Assembly: GCA_964620905.1 (NCBI GenBank)
Contig: CAZUKA010000001.1
Span: 647,646 to 711,645, forward strand
DNA length: 64,000 bases
Source of the DNA: an uncultured Gammaproteobacteria bacterium
GTDB lineage: Bacteria > Patescibacteriota > Patescibacteriia > S139-126
Direction of reading: 5' to 3'
Positions 38,083 to 48,255 of the stretch are shown one piece after another; position 1 is the first letter of the stretch; each line of letters begins with the position of its first letter. A model generated the notes under the pieces. It was not told where the DNA came from, did no database searches, and saw nothing but the letters and a program-made list of their open reading frames with translations. The translations under genes were made by a program, and so were the position numbers.

Positions 38083-40659
38083 ATGAAAAACACCAACAAA
38101 CACAACTTATACTCCCCTAAAAACTGGCAACAAAGAAAAAAGGGTATTTCGCGAAGAGAAAATTGGCGCCAACTTCCGGCTTTTTTTAGGCGCAAAAAGT
38201 TTTGGCGCTGGTTGGGTTTACTTTTAGTTGGGGCGATTGCCACTGGGGCTGTCGCTTCAGTAGTGGTTTTTGCTTGGGTTTCCCGGAATTTACCTGAACC
38301 AGGAAAACTACAACAGAGATTACTTCCGGAAAGCACCAAAATTTACGATCGTACTGGTGAAAACATTCTTTATGAAATACACGGCGACCAAAAAAGAACC
38401 TTGATTAAATTAGCTGACATTCCCGCTAATACTGTCAATGCTTTTATTGCTCTGGAAGATAAAAATTTTTTTGAACACAAGGGTTTATCTATAAAACACA
38501 TTATTAAAGCGGTTGCCCTTTATGGTTTTAAAAAAGTTGGTCTATACAATGGTTTAGTACCCGGTGGTTCAACTCTTACTCAACAATTTGTTAAAAATTC
38601 TATTTTAACAAATGAAAAAACCGCCATTAGAAAAATGAAAGAGTGGATTTTATCTTATCAGATAGAAAAAAAATATAGCAAAGAAGAAATTCTGGAAATG
38701 TATTTTAATGAAATTCCTTTTGGTTCCACAGCTTATGGGATTGAATCGGCCGCCCAAACTTATTTTGGCAAATCTGTCAAAGAACTAAATTTGTCAGAAA
38801 GTGCTATCTTGGCAGCCATGATTCAGGCCCCCACTTATTATTCCCCTTACGGCAATCATGTGGATGAGCTACTGGCTAGACAAAAATTTGTTTTGCAAGA
38901 AATGCTGGACATGAAATTTATCACGCCAGAAGAAGCGACTACCGCTGAAGAAACAAAGGTAGAATTTAAAAGATCACTGGGTAACATTACTGCTCCCCAC
39001 TTTGTCTTATATGTTAAAGAACTGTTGACACAAAAGTTTGGCGAACGTTTAGTGGAACAAGGTGGCTTAAAAGTTTATACTACCTTGGATTTATACAAAC
39101 AAAACATAGCTGAAGAAGTCATCAAAGAACAAGCCGAAAAAAATGCCACTAGTTGGAATGCCCAAAACGCTGCTCTGGTCTCAATTGATCCAAAAAACGG
39201 TGAGGTACTAGCTATGGTTGGTTCTAAAAATTTTTATGATGAATCTATTGATGGTCAGGTCAATGTGACGTTGCGTCCACGCCAACCAGGCTCATCTTTT
39301 AAGCCTATTGTTTATACTGCTGCCTGGGAAAAGGGTTATGTGCCAGAAACCGTTCTCTATGATGTTATTACCAAATTTAAAACCGACATGGGTAAAGACT
39401 ATGAACCAAAAAATTATGACAGTAAAGAACACGGGCCGGTATCACTTCGACAAGCTTTACAGGGATCTTTGAACATTCCTGCTGTTAAAACTTTATACCT
39501 AGTGGGTGTTCAATCCGCATTAGACCTAGCAGAAAAAATGGGGTATACCACTTTTGCCAATCGCTCTCGTTTTGGTTTGTCTTTAGTTCTGGGTGGAGGT
39601 GAAGTAAAACTACTTGAACACACCGCTGCTTTTGGAGCGCTAGCACGGGAAGGAAAAAAAGCTGAAACTGTCACTATCCTAAAAATTCTTGATAAAGACG
39701 GCCAGGTTCTGTTTGCTCACGAGCCAACCGAACCACAACAGGTAGTTGAGCAAAAAGCAGCCCGGATTACCAATTATGTTTTAGCTGACGATGAGGCGCG
39801 ATCTTTTATTTTCGGTCGCGGTAGTCTACTAACTTTACCTGATCGACCAGTAGCCGCCAAAACTGGCACAACCAATGATTATCGCGATGCTTGGACGGTT
39901 GGTTATACCCCCTCTCTAGTTACCGGGGTTTGGGTTGGAAATAATGATTTTTCAGAAATGAAGCGCGGTGCCGATGGTTCGATTGTTGCTGCTCCAATTT
40001 GGCACAATTTTATGAAACGCGTATTACAAAATACGCCTGTTGAAAGTTTCAATCAACTAACATATGACCTTCCTTCAAAACCTATGCTCAATGGCACAAC
40101 TGGAGCGGAATCGAAAGTGGTTGTTGATTCGCTGAGTGGTCTGTTGGCAACCGAATTTACCCCTGAACATTTGCGGGTTGAAAAAATTTTTCGGGAGGTT
40201 CATAATATTCTCTTTTTTGTAGATAAAAATAATCCTTTAGGTCCAATACCGGGTAAAAATTCAGTAGATCCACAATTTGAATCTTGGGAGGAGGCGGTGT
40301 TACGCTGGGCTAAAGCAAACAACATAACCACAGCTGAACTACCCCCAACTGAATTTGATAACCTACACACTTTAGAAAATAAGCCGATCTTAGATTTATT
40401 GGAGCCCTGGCCCGAACAAAATGTTGATACTAACTTTGTGGTGCGTATTTTTTGGCAGACTAAACAACCCCTAAAAAAGATCGAGGTTTTTATTGATGAT
40501 CAATTACAAAAAACCGCTACCAATATAGTAACGGCCAATTGGCAAACCTCTGTCTCACTACCAAATAATAGCTCTAGCAATGAACATTACTTGAAAGTGA
40601 TTGTTTATGATATTTACGACAACTCAAATTTAGCTTGGGTAAAAATATACCAACAATAA
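38083..40659 (+). CDS. Class A penicillin-binding protein (PBP1A: glycosyltransferase plus transpeptidase)
   Basis: GT51 motif FIALEDKNFFEHKGL; transpeptidase SSFKP, SLN and KTGTT motifs; N-terminal TM. Confidence 0.85.
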   Translation: MKNTNKHNLYSPKNWQQRKKGISRRENWRQLPAFFRRKKFWRWLGLLLVGAIATGAVASVVVFAWVSRNLPEPGKLQQRLLPESTKIYDRTGENILYEIHGDQKRTLIKLADIPANTVNAFIALEDKNFFEHKGLSIKHIIKAVALYGFKKVGLYNGLVPGGSTLTQQFVKNSILTNEKTAIRKMKEWILSYQIEKKYSKEEILEMYFNEIPFGSTAYGIESAAQTYFGKSVKELNLSESAILAAMIQAPTYYSPYGNHVDELLARQKFVLQEMLDMKFITPEEATTAEETKVEFKRSLGNITAPHFVLYVKELLTQKFGERLVEQGGLKVYTTLDLYKQNIAEEVIKEQAEKNATSWNAQNAALVSIDPKNGEVLAMVGSKNFYDESIDGQVNVTLRPRQPGSSFKPIVYTAAWEKGYVPETVLYDVITKFKTDMGKDYEPKNYDSKEHGPVSLRQALQGSLNIPAVKTLYLVGVQSALDLAEKMGYTTFANRSRFGLSLVLGGGEVKLLEHTAAFGALAREGKKAETVTILKILDKDGQVLFAHEPTEPQQVVEQKAARITNYVLADDEARSFIFGRGSLLTLPDRPVAAKTGTTNDYRDAWTVGYTPSLVTGVWVGNNDFSEMKRGADGSIVAAPIWHNFMKRVLQNTPVESFNQLTYDLPSKPMLNGTTGAESKVVVDSLSGLLATEFTPEHLRVEKIFREVHNILFFVDKNNPLGPIPGKNSVDPQFESWEEAVLRWAKANNITTAELPPTEFDNLHTLENKPILDLLEPWPEQNVDTNFVVRIFWQTKQPLKKIEVFIDDQLQKTATNIVTANWQTSVSLPNNSSSNEHYLKVIVYDIYDNSNLAWVKIYQQ

Positions 40660-40735
40660 AATAATTTAATGGGCCCCGTGTGTTTTTTGGTCTGAAGCTA
40701 GTATTTTGTAGTAATTTGGGGGTTGATTAATCTTT

Positions 40736-41839
40736 TTATTGTTTTATCGGCATGATGATATATAAATAATCATCTTTTTTTTCTGGAAGTATCATTCCGG
40801 GAAGACCCGGGTTGTTTATTTTGAATATAATTTCTTCTTCACTCAAAGCCCCTAATACATCCAATAAATAATGGTAGTTGAAAATTATTTGATTATTTTC
40901 GCCAGTAATTTTTGCTTCCACTGTGGTCTTGCTTTCACCCAACTGATCATTTAAAGCCTTAATATCTATTTGGTTGTCGTGAAAATAAAGATAAACATCG
41001 TTTATTCCTTGGCGACAAAACAAACTGGTGGCTTTTATGCTTTGTTGAAACTGACTTTTATTTACCAGTGCGTCGGTCTTACTTTCGGTGGGTATGATTT
41101 GTTTGTAGTCCGGGTATTCTCCTTCGGTGATACGAGAAATCATTGTGGTTGAATCGGTAACAAAACTTATTTGGTTGTCATTAAGATGCATTTTAATTTC
41201 TTGTCCTTTTTCTGTCTCCAACAACAAGCGATTTAATTCTTGCAAAGTAAAGGTGGGTATGATTATTTTTTTACTAAACTCGTCCGTGGTGGACGTATTT
41301 AATTTTTTTTCTGCCAGTCGATAGCTGTCGGTTGCTGCTAACACGGCCTGTTTTTTATTAAAATCAAACAATACGCCGCTTATTTCTGGCCGCGTGCTGT
41401 CATAAGCAGTAGCAAATAAAACTAAATTTAATGCGTTTTTAAGTTCTTCGACATTAAAGACAACTGTGTTTTTTTTATCTATTTCTGGAATCAAAGGGAA
41501 TTCTGAATAATCAGAGCCTTTTAAAATAGTGTGGGCGTTATCACACACTATTTCCAGGTTGTTTTTACTGGCGCTGATTTCGATTTTATCGGTTTTTATA
41601 TTTTGAATATAATCATTAAAAAGTCGGGCTGGTACGGCAAGCGAGCCCTCTTCCTCTACTTTTCCTCGCACTACACTTTTGATACCAATTTCTAAGTTGG
41701 TGGTAGATAAAATCATCCCTCCACCTTTTATTTCCACTAAAACGTTGTTTAGAATAGGCAGGTTTTGATTTTTTCCGGCTAAATGAGCGACTTGCGATAA
41801 ACCTTTTTTCAAATTGTCTTGCTTACAAATAAATTTCAT
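40736..41839 (-). CDS. dnaN: DNA polymerase III beta sliding clamp
   Basis: MKFICKQDNLKKGLSQVAHLAG...ILNNVLVE N-terminus; three-domain length. Confidence 0.85.
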   Translation of the reverse strand: MKFICKQDNLKKGLSQVAHLAGKNQNLPILNNVLVEIKGGGMILSTTNLEIGIKSVVRGKVEEEGSLAVPARLFNDYIQNIKTDKIEISASKNNLEIVCDNAHTILKGSDYSEFPLIPEIDKKNTVVFNVEELKNALNLVLFATAYDSTRPEISGVLFDFNKKQAVLAATDSYRLAEKKLNTSTTDEFSKKIIIPTFTLQELNRLLLETEKGQEIKMHLNDNQISFVTDSTTMISRITEGEYPDYKQIIPTESKTDALVNKSQFQQSIKATSLFCRQGINDVYLYFHDNQIDIKALNDQLGESKTTVEAKITGENNQIIFNYHYLLDVLGALSEEEIIFKINNPGLPGMILPEKKDDYLYIIMPIKQ

Positions 41840-42063
41840 ATATTTTTAATAAGTAGTATTAATAAGGGTTGTGTAAGGGGTGGAAAACTTTTTTTTCATT
41901 TTAAATATAAGCGAAAAAAATTTTATTTTTTTTAAAAACTATGTATAAAAAGAGCAAAAACTATTGACACAAAAAGTAAAAAATTTTTTTCTTGTTTTTA
42001 TCAACCAGATATTAAGAAGAAAACTTTTAATATAAGATAATTTATAAACAACTTATAAATAAA
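41840..42063. promoter_or_regulatory. AT-rich dnaA-dnaN intergenic region (candidate oriC/DUE segment)
   Basis: About 82% AT. Only degenerate DnaA-box-like 9-mers (GGTGGAAAA, TTATAAACA, TTATCAACC). Confidence 0.35.
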
Positions 42064-43428
42064 TTAATCGCTGTTATAAAGTTTTTGTTTTATCATTTCA
42101 ATGTCGCGAGAAATTTTTTCGTCATTCTCAATCTCCCTGCTTATTTTATTACAAGCATGCATGGCGGTAGTATGGTCGCGACCACCCAACTCTTGTCCAA
42201 TATTAGGATAGGAAGCATTCAATTCCTCCCGCATTAGAAACATTACAATTTGTCGGGGGACAACCAGTTCTTTTTTGCGGCTATTTCCAACCAAACCTTC
42301 ATTTTCAATATCAAAGTACTCGGCCACGGTATTAATAATTTTTTTCGGAGTAATATGCCCCCTCTTAGCACTAGCCGAAAGCGAAACAACAATAGACTTT
42401 ACACTTTCCTCAGTCGGAGGGGTGTTGTTTAGTTGATGAAAAGCAATAATTTTATTCAAAATTCCTTCCAATTCGCGAACATTATTTTGTACAGTGGTTG
42501 CTATAATTCTTACAATATTGTCGGACAAAGAAAGGTTTTTTTCTTTCATTTTTGAAATAATAATAGCCATTCTGGTTTCTAGATCCGGAGCGTTTACATC
42601 TACGATCATACCCCATTCAAAACGGGAAATTAATCTTTGTTCAAGCGCTGGGATGGCTTTGGGTGGACGGTCGGAAGAGATAATAATTTGTTTATTTTCT
42701 TGGTGTAAAGCATTGAAAGTATGAAAAAATTCTTCTTGAGTCTGTTCTTTACCGGCTAAAAATTGGATATCATCAACCAATAAAACATCAATCGAACGAT
42801 ATTTTTCTTTAAATTTTTTTGCTTCACCTTGTTGTACAAGTTGAATAAAATCATTGGTAAATTTTTCACTAGTAACATAAAGAACCTTTTTTTGTGGCGA
42901 GGTTTCTAAAATATAATTTCCCACAGCTTGCATTAAGTGAGTTTTTCCTAAACCAACACCACCATAAATAAAAAGCGGGTTATAAACCTCACCTGGTTTT
43001 TTGGCTACAGCCAAACAAGCGGCGTGAGCCAGCTCGTTTCCCTTGCCCACCACAAAGCTTTGGAAAGTATATTTTGGATTTAAGCCGACTTTATTGTTGG
43101 TGTTTTGCTGGCTTGTAACCTTGGTTTCCGAATGGTTAAATTGAATAGTTGGTTGATTAGCTGGTTGAACAGGTTTTTCTTTTGTTTCTACGACGTAGTT
43201 AACACGTGAATAATTTTTGTCAGTGACATTTTTTAAAGCATCAGTGATATATTTGTGATATTTTTTTTCTAACCAAGCTTTGGTAAATGCGTTAGGAACA
43301 GCCACCACTATCTCTTGCTCCTCAATTTGTAAGATAAAAGTATTTTTAAACCAGGTAGTGAAATTGGCCTTGCTTAAATTTAGTTCCAGTTCACCTAAGA
43401 TTGCTTCCCAAAGTTGTTTGGCGTCCAT
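42064..43428 (-). CDS. dnaA: Chromosomal replication initiator DnaA
   Basis: Walker A GGVGLGKTHL, AAA+ domain, C-terminal DNA-binding domain. Confidence 0.9.
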   Translation of the reverse strand: MDAKQLWEAILGELELNLSKANFTTWFKNTFILQIEEQEIVVAVPNAFTKAWLEKKYHKYITDALKNVTDKNYSRVNYVVETKEKPVQPANQPTIQFNHSETKVTSQQNTNNKVGLNPKYTFQSFVVGKGNELAHAACLAVAKKPGEVYNPLFIYGGVGLGKTHLMQAVGNYILETSPQKKVLYVTSEKFTNDFIQLVQQGEAKKFKEKYRSIDVLLVDDIQFLAGKEQTQEEFFHTFNALHQENKQIIISSDRPPKAIPALEQRLISRFEWGMIVDVNAPDLETRMAIIISKMKEKNLSLSDNIVRIIATTVQNNVRELEGILNKIIAFHQLNNTPPTEESVKSIVVSLSASAKRGHITPKKIINTVAEYFDIENEGLVGNSRKKELVVPRQIVMFLMREELNASYPNIGQELGGRDHTTAMHACNKISREIENDEKISRDIEMIKQKLYNSD

Positions 43429-43645
43429 ATTTATTTTTGATTAGATTGAGTAATATAATAACGCTTCACATTATAACATTAAAAATAGTTTTTCTAAACC
43501 ATCAGACAGATATAAATAGGTGATAAAGTGTTGAAAAGATGTGAAAAGAAAAAGTGGTTGCAATATTACTTACCCACAATTAAAATTTTTCACTTTGACC
43601 GAAAGATTAGTTCTTGCTATATTTATTTTATTAATAAATAAAACT
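43429..43645. promoter_or_regulatory. dnaA upstream / rpmH divergent intergenic region with a DnaA-box candidate
   Basis: TTACCCACA at 43570-43578 is one mismatch from TTATCCACA; divergent promoters expected. Confidence 0.4.
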
Positions 43646-43783
43646 ATGCCCAAAAGGACATACCAACCCAAAAAAAGAAAAAGAAAAAAAACCCACGGTT
43701 TTAGAAGGAGAAATTCAACCGCTAAAGGACGAAAGGTATTAAAAAGGAGAAGAGCAAAAGGAAGAAAAAAATTGACAGTCTAA
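43646..43783 (+). CDS. rpmH: 50S ribosomal protein L34
   Basis: [22 protein letters not shown]...AKGRKKLTV. The track ORF 43541..43783 is over-extended. Confidence 0.9.
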   Translation: MPKRTYQPKKRKRKKTHGFRRRNSTAKGRKVLKRRRAKGRKKLTV

Positions 43784-43788
43784 GATTT

Positions 43789-44121
43789 ATGCTGGCGAGC
43801 CAATATCGTCTGAGGAAAAAGAATGATTTTGCCAAAGTAGCTAAATACGGCAGAAAGAAACACTCGGCTTTTTTTATTTGTTATGAATATCGTAGCAACC
43901 AACAGCAAAAACTTCCTCGTTTTGGTATTGTAATTTCCCAAAAAATTTCAAAGAAAGCTACCATTAGAAATAAATTAAGGCGTTGGATAAAAAGTGATTT
44001 ATATAAGAAAACGAAGCTATTGTTGCCACACGACTATATGATATTGGTTAAAAAAGAAGCTGTTCTTAAAACACACGCAGAATTAACTATGGACTTAAAT
44101 AGGTTATGCTCAAAAAAATAA
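43789..44121 (+). CDS. rnpA: RNase P protein component
   Basis: Basic 110-aa protein directly after rpmH; KKNDFAKV...GRKKHSAFFI. Confidence 0.8.
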   Translation: MLASQYRLRKKNDFAKVAKYGRKKHSAFFICYEYRSNQQQKLPRFGIVISQKISKKATIRNKLRRWIKSDLYKKTKLLLPHDYMILVKKEAVLKTHAELTMDLNRLCSKK

Positions 44122-44375
44122 TAAAAATTCCAGGACAAGTGGCAATTTTGCTGATTAAACTTTACCAAAAAACACTTTCTTTAGATCACGGACCATTGCG
44201 TTTCTTTTATCAACGTGGTGCTTGTCGTTTTTATCCTACCTGTTCACAGTATGCAGTAGAATCAATCAGTAAAAACGGCCTAGTTATAGGTGGTTGGCAA
44301 ACACTTAACAGGTTGCGACGCTGTCACCCATTTAGTGTTGGCGGTTATGACCCAATAAATAAAAATAATCTATGA
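44106..44375 (+). CDS. yidD: Membrane protein insertion efficiency factor YidD
   Basis: YQKTLSLDHGPLRFFYQRGACRFYPTCSQYAVESI. Confidence 0.85.
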   Translation: MLKKIIKIPGQVAILLIKLYQKTLSLDHGPLRFFYQRGACRFYPTCSQYAVESISKNGLVIGGWQTLNRLRRCHPFSVGGYDPINKNNL

Positions 44376-45112
44376 TAGTAGAGTTTTTTAGTAAAATATT
44401 TTATATACCCCTTTTCAATCTACTGGTTTGGCTTTACAATGTTTTGCCGTGGCCAGACTTAGGTTTAGCGATTATATTGATCACCATAATAATTAAAATA
44501 ATTTTATATCCGTTAAATAAAAAAGCTATTGTTTCACAAAAAGCTTTACAAGATTTACAACCGAAGATTGAAGAAATCAGAAAAAAACACAGTCAAGACA
44601 AAGAGGCTCAAGCGCGTGCTACCATCGAACTTTATAAACAAGAAAAAATTAATCCCGCTTCTTCATGTCTGCCGATTTTAGTACAACTCCCCTTTTTGAT
44701 AGCTGTTTATCATATTTTTCGAACCGCTTTGACCAACGGTTCCTTGGATCTCTTATATCCTTTTATTCAGAACCCGGGTGAATTAAAAACTATTGCGTTT
44801 GGTTTTTTGGAGCTGTCTAAAAAGAGTATCTGGCTGGCTTTACTAGCAGGATTGGCTCAGTTCTGGCAAGGCAAGATGTTGGTAACCAAACGACCAGTGA
44901 TAAAATCACCCGAGTCGAAGGATGAAAATTTGGCAGCAATAATGAACAAACAAATGGTTTATGTTATGCCAATTTTTACTGTTTTTATTGGTATATCTTT
45001 TCCCGCGGGCCTTACTCTATATTGGTTTGTTAATACTTTGTTAACCGGTTTGCAGCAAATGCTGGTTTTTAAGAAAAAAGAAAATGACACTAACCACCAA
45101 ACAACTAATTAA
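44372..45112 (+). CDS. yidC: YidC/Oxa1 family membrane insertase (short form)
   Basis: Five-TM core, conserved NPxxxCLP-like segment; position after yidD. Confidence 0.8.
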   Translation: MIVEFFSKIFYIPLFNLLVWLYNVLPWPDLGLAIILITIIIKIILYPLNKKAIVSQKALQDLQPKIEEIRKKHSQDKEAQARATIELYKQEKINPASSCLPILVQLPFLIAVYHIFRTALTNGSLDLLYPFIQNPGELKTIAFGFLELSKKSIWLALLAGLAQFWQGKMLVTKRPVIKSPESKDENLAAIMNKQMVYVMPIFTVFIGISFPAGLTLYWFVNTLLTGLQQMLVFKKKENDTNHQTTN

Positions 45113-45395
45113 TCTGCCAGTTTTTACTGAATCAGGACAAAAAATAGGCAAAGTTTTTGTTTTAGAGGTTGATGAAAAAAATCACGTAATTGAAAAGTAT
45201 GTTGTTAAAACTAACAATTTTTTTAAATTTGTTCCCACAACTTTGTTGTTGTCGCCCCGCCAAATTGTTAGAATAAACGAAAAAGAAATGATCGTGACAG
45301 ATGCTACAATCAGGATATTGGAAAAAAAACAAATCAAAAAAAATCCTCCCTTAGAGGATCCGAGCGCAGTCGTTTATATACAACCGGAGAATTAA
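45084..45395 (+). CDS. Small PRC-barrel-like protein (YlmC/YmxH-like), hypothetical
   Basis: About 100 aa with a G-x-K-IG-x-V motif; not a Jag/KH protein, which is what usually follows yidC. Confidence 0.35.
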   Translation: MTLTTKQLINLPVFTESGQKIGKVFVLEVDEKNHVIEKYVVKTNNFFKFVPTTLLLSPRQIVRINEKEMIVTDATIRILEKKQIKKNPPLEDPSAVVYIQPEN

Positions 45396-46147
45396 ACAAA
45401 GATTCGGTTTTTGCCCATAATAACTTTTAATTTCTCCCCTGCCACTTCGACCAGAAGCGGCGTTTTCATAGTTTGCTGATTGTCAATTTTTACTTGAAGA
45501 GAAGAATTTTGGTGTTGAATAATTACTTTTTTGTTTTTTAAAACAGTAGGAAGTTTTTTCTGGTTGGTGATTTTACTAAGTAGTCGGGATTGTTGAGGAG
45601 TGATAATAGTCTCTAAATAACCATCAGTCGGATTGGCTAGGTGATTGTCTGACCAATAATTAAAATTATAAATATTTATATTTGATTTTTTATCAACCAA
45701 GATATTATAACTGTCGTCACACTCCAGTTTTATTTCTCCAGGTTGAATTTCCAACTGGGAAAGAAAGTAAAAATTTTTTACTTTACCCATATCAATTTTT
45801 TTTATAATTCGTGAGGCCAGAGCGTTACAAGCCTCTAGCGGACTGTTTAATCCTAAGGTGCGAGCGATTTTTAAATTCAAACCGATCGGGATTATACCCA
45901 AACAAACATCAGTGTAATATGCAATTACATTGACGACTTTACTAACAGTGGTATCATCACCCACCGCCACTATTGTTTTGGCACCTTTTTTTATTTCATC
46001 AACAATTAACTCTTGGGGATTGTTAAGTAAATTAAGCTTGCCAATTTTTCCTTTAATTTCCAAGTCAGTGAGTCGGTTTTCAATTTTTGCCAATAATGGT
46101 TCGTATTTTTTGTCAGACAAAAATTGATCATAAACATAATAATACAT
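45392..46147 (-). CDS. DAGK_cat-family lipid kinase (YegS/BmrU-like)
   Basis: IVAVGDDTTVSKVVNVIA resembles the GGDGT catalytic motif. Confidence 0.55.
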   Translation of the reverse strand: MYYYVYDQFLSDKKYEPLLAKIENRLTDLEIKGKIGKLNLLNNPQELIVDEIKKGAKTIVAVGDDTTVSKVVNVIAYYTDVCLGIIPIGLNLKIARTLGLNSPLEACNALASRIIKKIDMGKVKNFYFLSQLEIQPGEIKLECDDSYNILVDKKSNINIYNFNYWSDNHLANPTDGYLETIITPQQSRLLSKITNQKKLPTVLKNKKVIIQHQNSSLQVKIDNQQTMKTPLLVEVAGEKLKVIMGKNRIFV

Positions 46148-46151
46148 AAAA

Positions 46152-46514
46152 TTATTTTGTCGAATCTTGGGATTGATTGGTTTTTAACATTTGGCATTGG
46201 CCATTAAAAAAACTCCCAGCTTCAATTGACAGTGTTTCACAGGAAATATTACCTTCAATTCTTGCCGTTTTAGTGATTTCTAAATGCTTTTTTACTTTTA
46301 TTTCACCAGTTAAACGACCCGAGATGACTGCGCTCATAGCTTCAACATTTGCTTGAACATTGGCTTCTCGGCCCACTTTTAAGGAATGCTCGGTCTTAAT
46401 TGTTCCTTTAAGGTTGCCCTCAATAATTACATCGCCTTGGCCAGCAAAATTGCCCTCTACCTCAACCGCATGACCTATAATAGTTTGTGACTCTGTTGAA
46501 TTTTTATCTTTCAT
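46152..46514 (-). CDS. Bactofilin
   Basis: Beta-helical repeat pattern (IEGNLKGTI..., EANVQANVEA..., ISGRLTGEI..., ARIEGNI...). Confidence 0.7.
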   Translation of the reverse strand: MKDKNSTESQTIIGHAVEVEGNFAGQGDVIIEGNLKGTIKTEHSLKVGREANVQANVEAMSAVISGRLTGEIKVKKHLEITKTARIEGNISCETLSIEAGSFFNGQCQMLKTNQSQDSTK

Positions 46515-46678
46515 AAAATTAGTTAATGGTTAATAATCTAATTTTAGTGCTTTTTAGACAAAAACAAAAGGTTTTGAAACAATAGCCATAATTTTCTGAA
46601 CATGCTAAACTACTATTTAGCAAGAAATTATTCAAATATAATATTTTACGACACTTATTTTTATCTAATATTAGCCAA

Positions 46679-46753
46679 GACCCTATAGTTTAACGGATAA
46701 AACAAGAACCTCCTAAGTTCTAGATCCAGGTTCAATTCCTGGTGGGGTCACCA
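46679..46753 (+). tRNA. tRNA-Arg (anticodon CCU), CCA encoded
   Basis: GACCCTATAGTTTAACGGATAAAACAAGAACCTCCTAAGTTCTAGATCCAGGTTCAATTCCTGGTGGGGTCACCA. Confidence 0.8.
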
Positions 46754-46762
46754 ACTGCATTT

Positions 46763-46839
46763 GGGCCCGTAGCTCAGTTGGCCAGAGCGCTGCATTCGCA
46801 TTGCAGAGGTCAGGGGTTCAACTCCCCTCGGGTCCACCA
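46763..46839 (+). tRNA. tRNA-Ala (anticodon CGC), G3:U70, CCA encoded
   Basis: GGGCCCGTAGCTCAGTTGGCCAGAGCGCTGCATTCGCATTGCAGAGGTCAGGGGTTCAACTCCCCTCGGGTCCACCA. Confidence 0.85.
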
Positions 46840-46933
46840 GTAAACCACATTAAGCACGAAATAAGCTAAACTCTCAAAGCTTATAGTCATGCAGTTCAAT
46901 TTATATCTGATAAATCTAATTTTATTTTATTAA

Positions 46934-46951
46934 ATGTTCCACGTGGAACAA
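46934..46951. promoter_or_regulatory. Perfect palindrome copy 1 (TGTTCCACGTGGAACA core), 2 nt upstream of the alr ATG
   Basis: aTGTTCCACGTGGAACAa; identical core to the copies at 48081 and 48824. Confidence 0.5.
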
Positions 46952-46953
46952 TT

Positions 46954-48078
46954 ATGAAACAACTATTTAGAAAAATTAGAAAAAGTCATTATTCCTACCA
47001 AAACTTGATTGAAATCAATATTTTTAAAAGTAGTTTATTAAAAAATATTGAATATTTTTCTAAACTCACTGGTTTAAAAATTGCCCCTGTTTTAAAAAGT
47101 AATGCCTATGGGCACGGTTTAATTGGAACAGCAAAAGCAATAGACCACCTACAATTACCATTTTTCGTGGTTGATAGTTATTATGAAGCATTAATTTTGA
47201 AAAATGAAAATATAAAAAACACAATTCTTATTGCTGGATTTACTCATATTGAAAATATTACAAAATCCAACTTAAAAAACATCATTTATACCATTAGTTC
47301 AGTAGATCAAGTAGAAAAACTTGAAAAATTACAAAAACGAAAAGTTTTAGTAGCTCTAAAGTTTAATACCGGTATGAATAGACAAGGAATAAAGGTGAGT
47401 GACGCTGCTTATGTATTGAAGAAATTAATTAAACACAAAAATATAATAATTCACAGTATTTATTCACATTTAGCTGATCCTGAAAATGAAAACTTCTTGA
47501 ATAGCCAATTGGAGCAATGGCGGAAGTTATATGAAATTGTTGAATATCAACAAAAACCAAGACCGCTTTTTCACCTTGCTGCTACCAGTAGTTCATATCA
47601 TACAAATAAATTCAAATCAGATATTTTAAGACTTGGTATTGGTTTATTTGGTCTACATCCAATTTTAAAAGATCAAGAAAACCTTACCCCGAGCTTGGAG
47701 ATGTTTAGTTTATTAACAGAAGTAAAAAATGTTAAAAAAGGCGAGTATATTGGTTATAATGGCACTTATATCACCCAAGAAGACATAAAAGTTGGTATTG
47801 TACCAGCAGGGTATTATGAAGGAATAGATTTAAGGCTTTCCAACAAAGGATTTTTGTATTATCAGGACAAACCTTGCCAAATCTTAGGAAGAATAAGCAT
47901 GAATATGTCAGTAATCAACCTTAGTAACATTAATGCAAAAATAGGTGATAAAATTGAGATAATAAGTAAAGATATGCAAAAATTAAACTCTTTTTATCAA
48001 ATAGCGAAAAATTTTAAAATTATCCCCTATGAACTGATGGTAAAAATACCAAGCTCTATTAAAAGAAATTACATTTAG
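46954..48078 (+). CDS. alr: Alanine racemase
   Basis: PLP-lysine motif APVLKSNAYGHGL; two-domain length. Confidence 0.85.
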   Translation: MKQLFRKIRKSHYSYQNLIEINIFKSSLLKNIEYFSKLTGLKIAPVLKSNAYGHGLIGTAKAIDHLQLPFFVVDSYYEALILKNENIKNTILIAGFTHIENITKSNLKNIIYTISSVDQVEKLEKLQKRKVLVALKFNTGMNRQGIKVSDAAYVLKKLIKHKNIIIHSIYSHLADPENENFLNSQLEQWRKLYEIVEYQQKPRPLFHLAATSSSYHTNKFKSDILRLGIGLFGLHPILKDQENLTPSLEMFSLLTEVKNVKKGEYIGYNGTYITQEDIKVGIVPAGYYEGIDLRLSNKGFLYYQDKPCQILGRISMNMSVINLSNINAKIGDKIEIISKDMQKLNSFYQIAKNFKIIPYELMVKIPSSIKRNYI

Positions 48079-48080
48079 TA

Positions 48081-48102
48081 AATTGTTCCACGTGGAACAA
48101 TT
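48081..48102. promoter_or_regulatory. Perfect palindrome copy 2 (22 bp: AATTGTTCCACGTGGAACAATT)
   Basis: Directly after the alr stop and upstream of tRNA-Ala(GGC). Confidence 0.5.
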
Positions 48103-48153
48103 GCAAAGTTTTGACAATATTTAATTGCAAAGTATAATTAATTCTGTGAATTT

Positions 48154-48230
<77 letters not shown>

Positions 48231-48255
48231 TAAAATATAAGCAATAAAGATTTGT

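Noticed and set aside
43429-43645. Cluster of canonical DnaA boxes
   Set aside because: Only one 1-mismatch site (TTACCCACA) and a few 2-mismatch sites. Reported as a weak oriC inference rather than annotated boxes.
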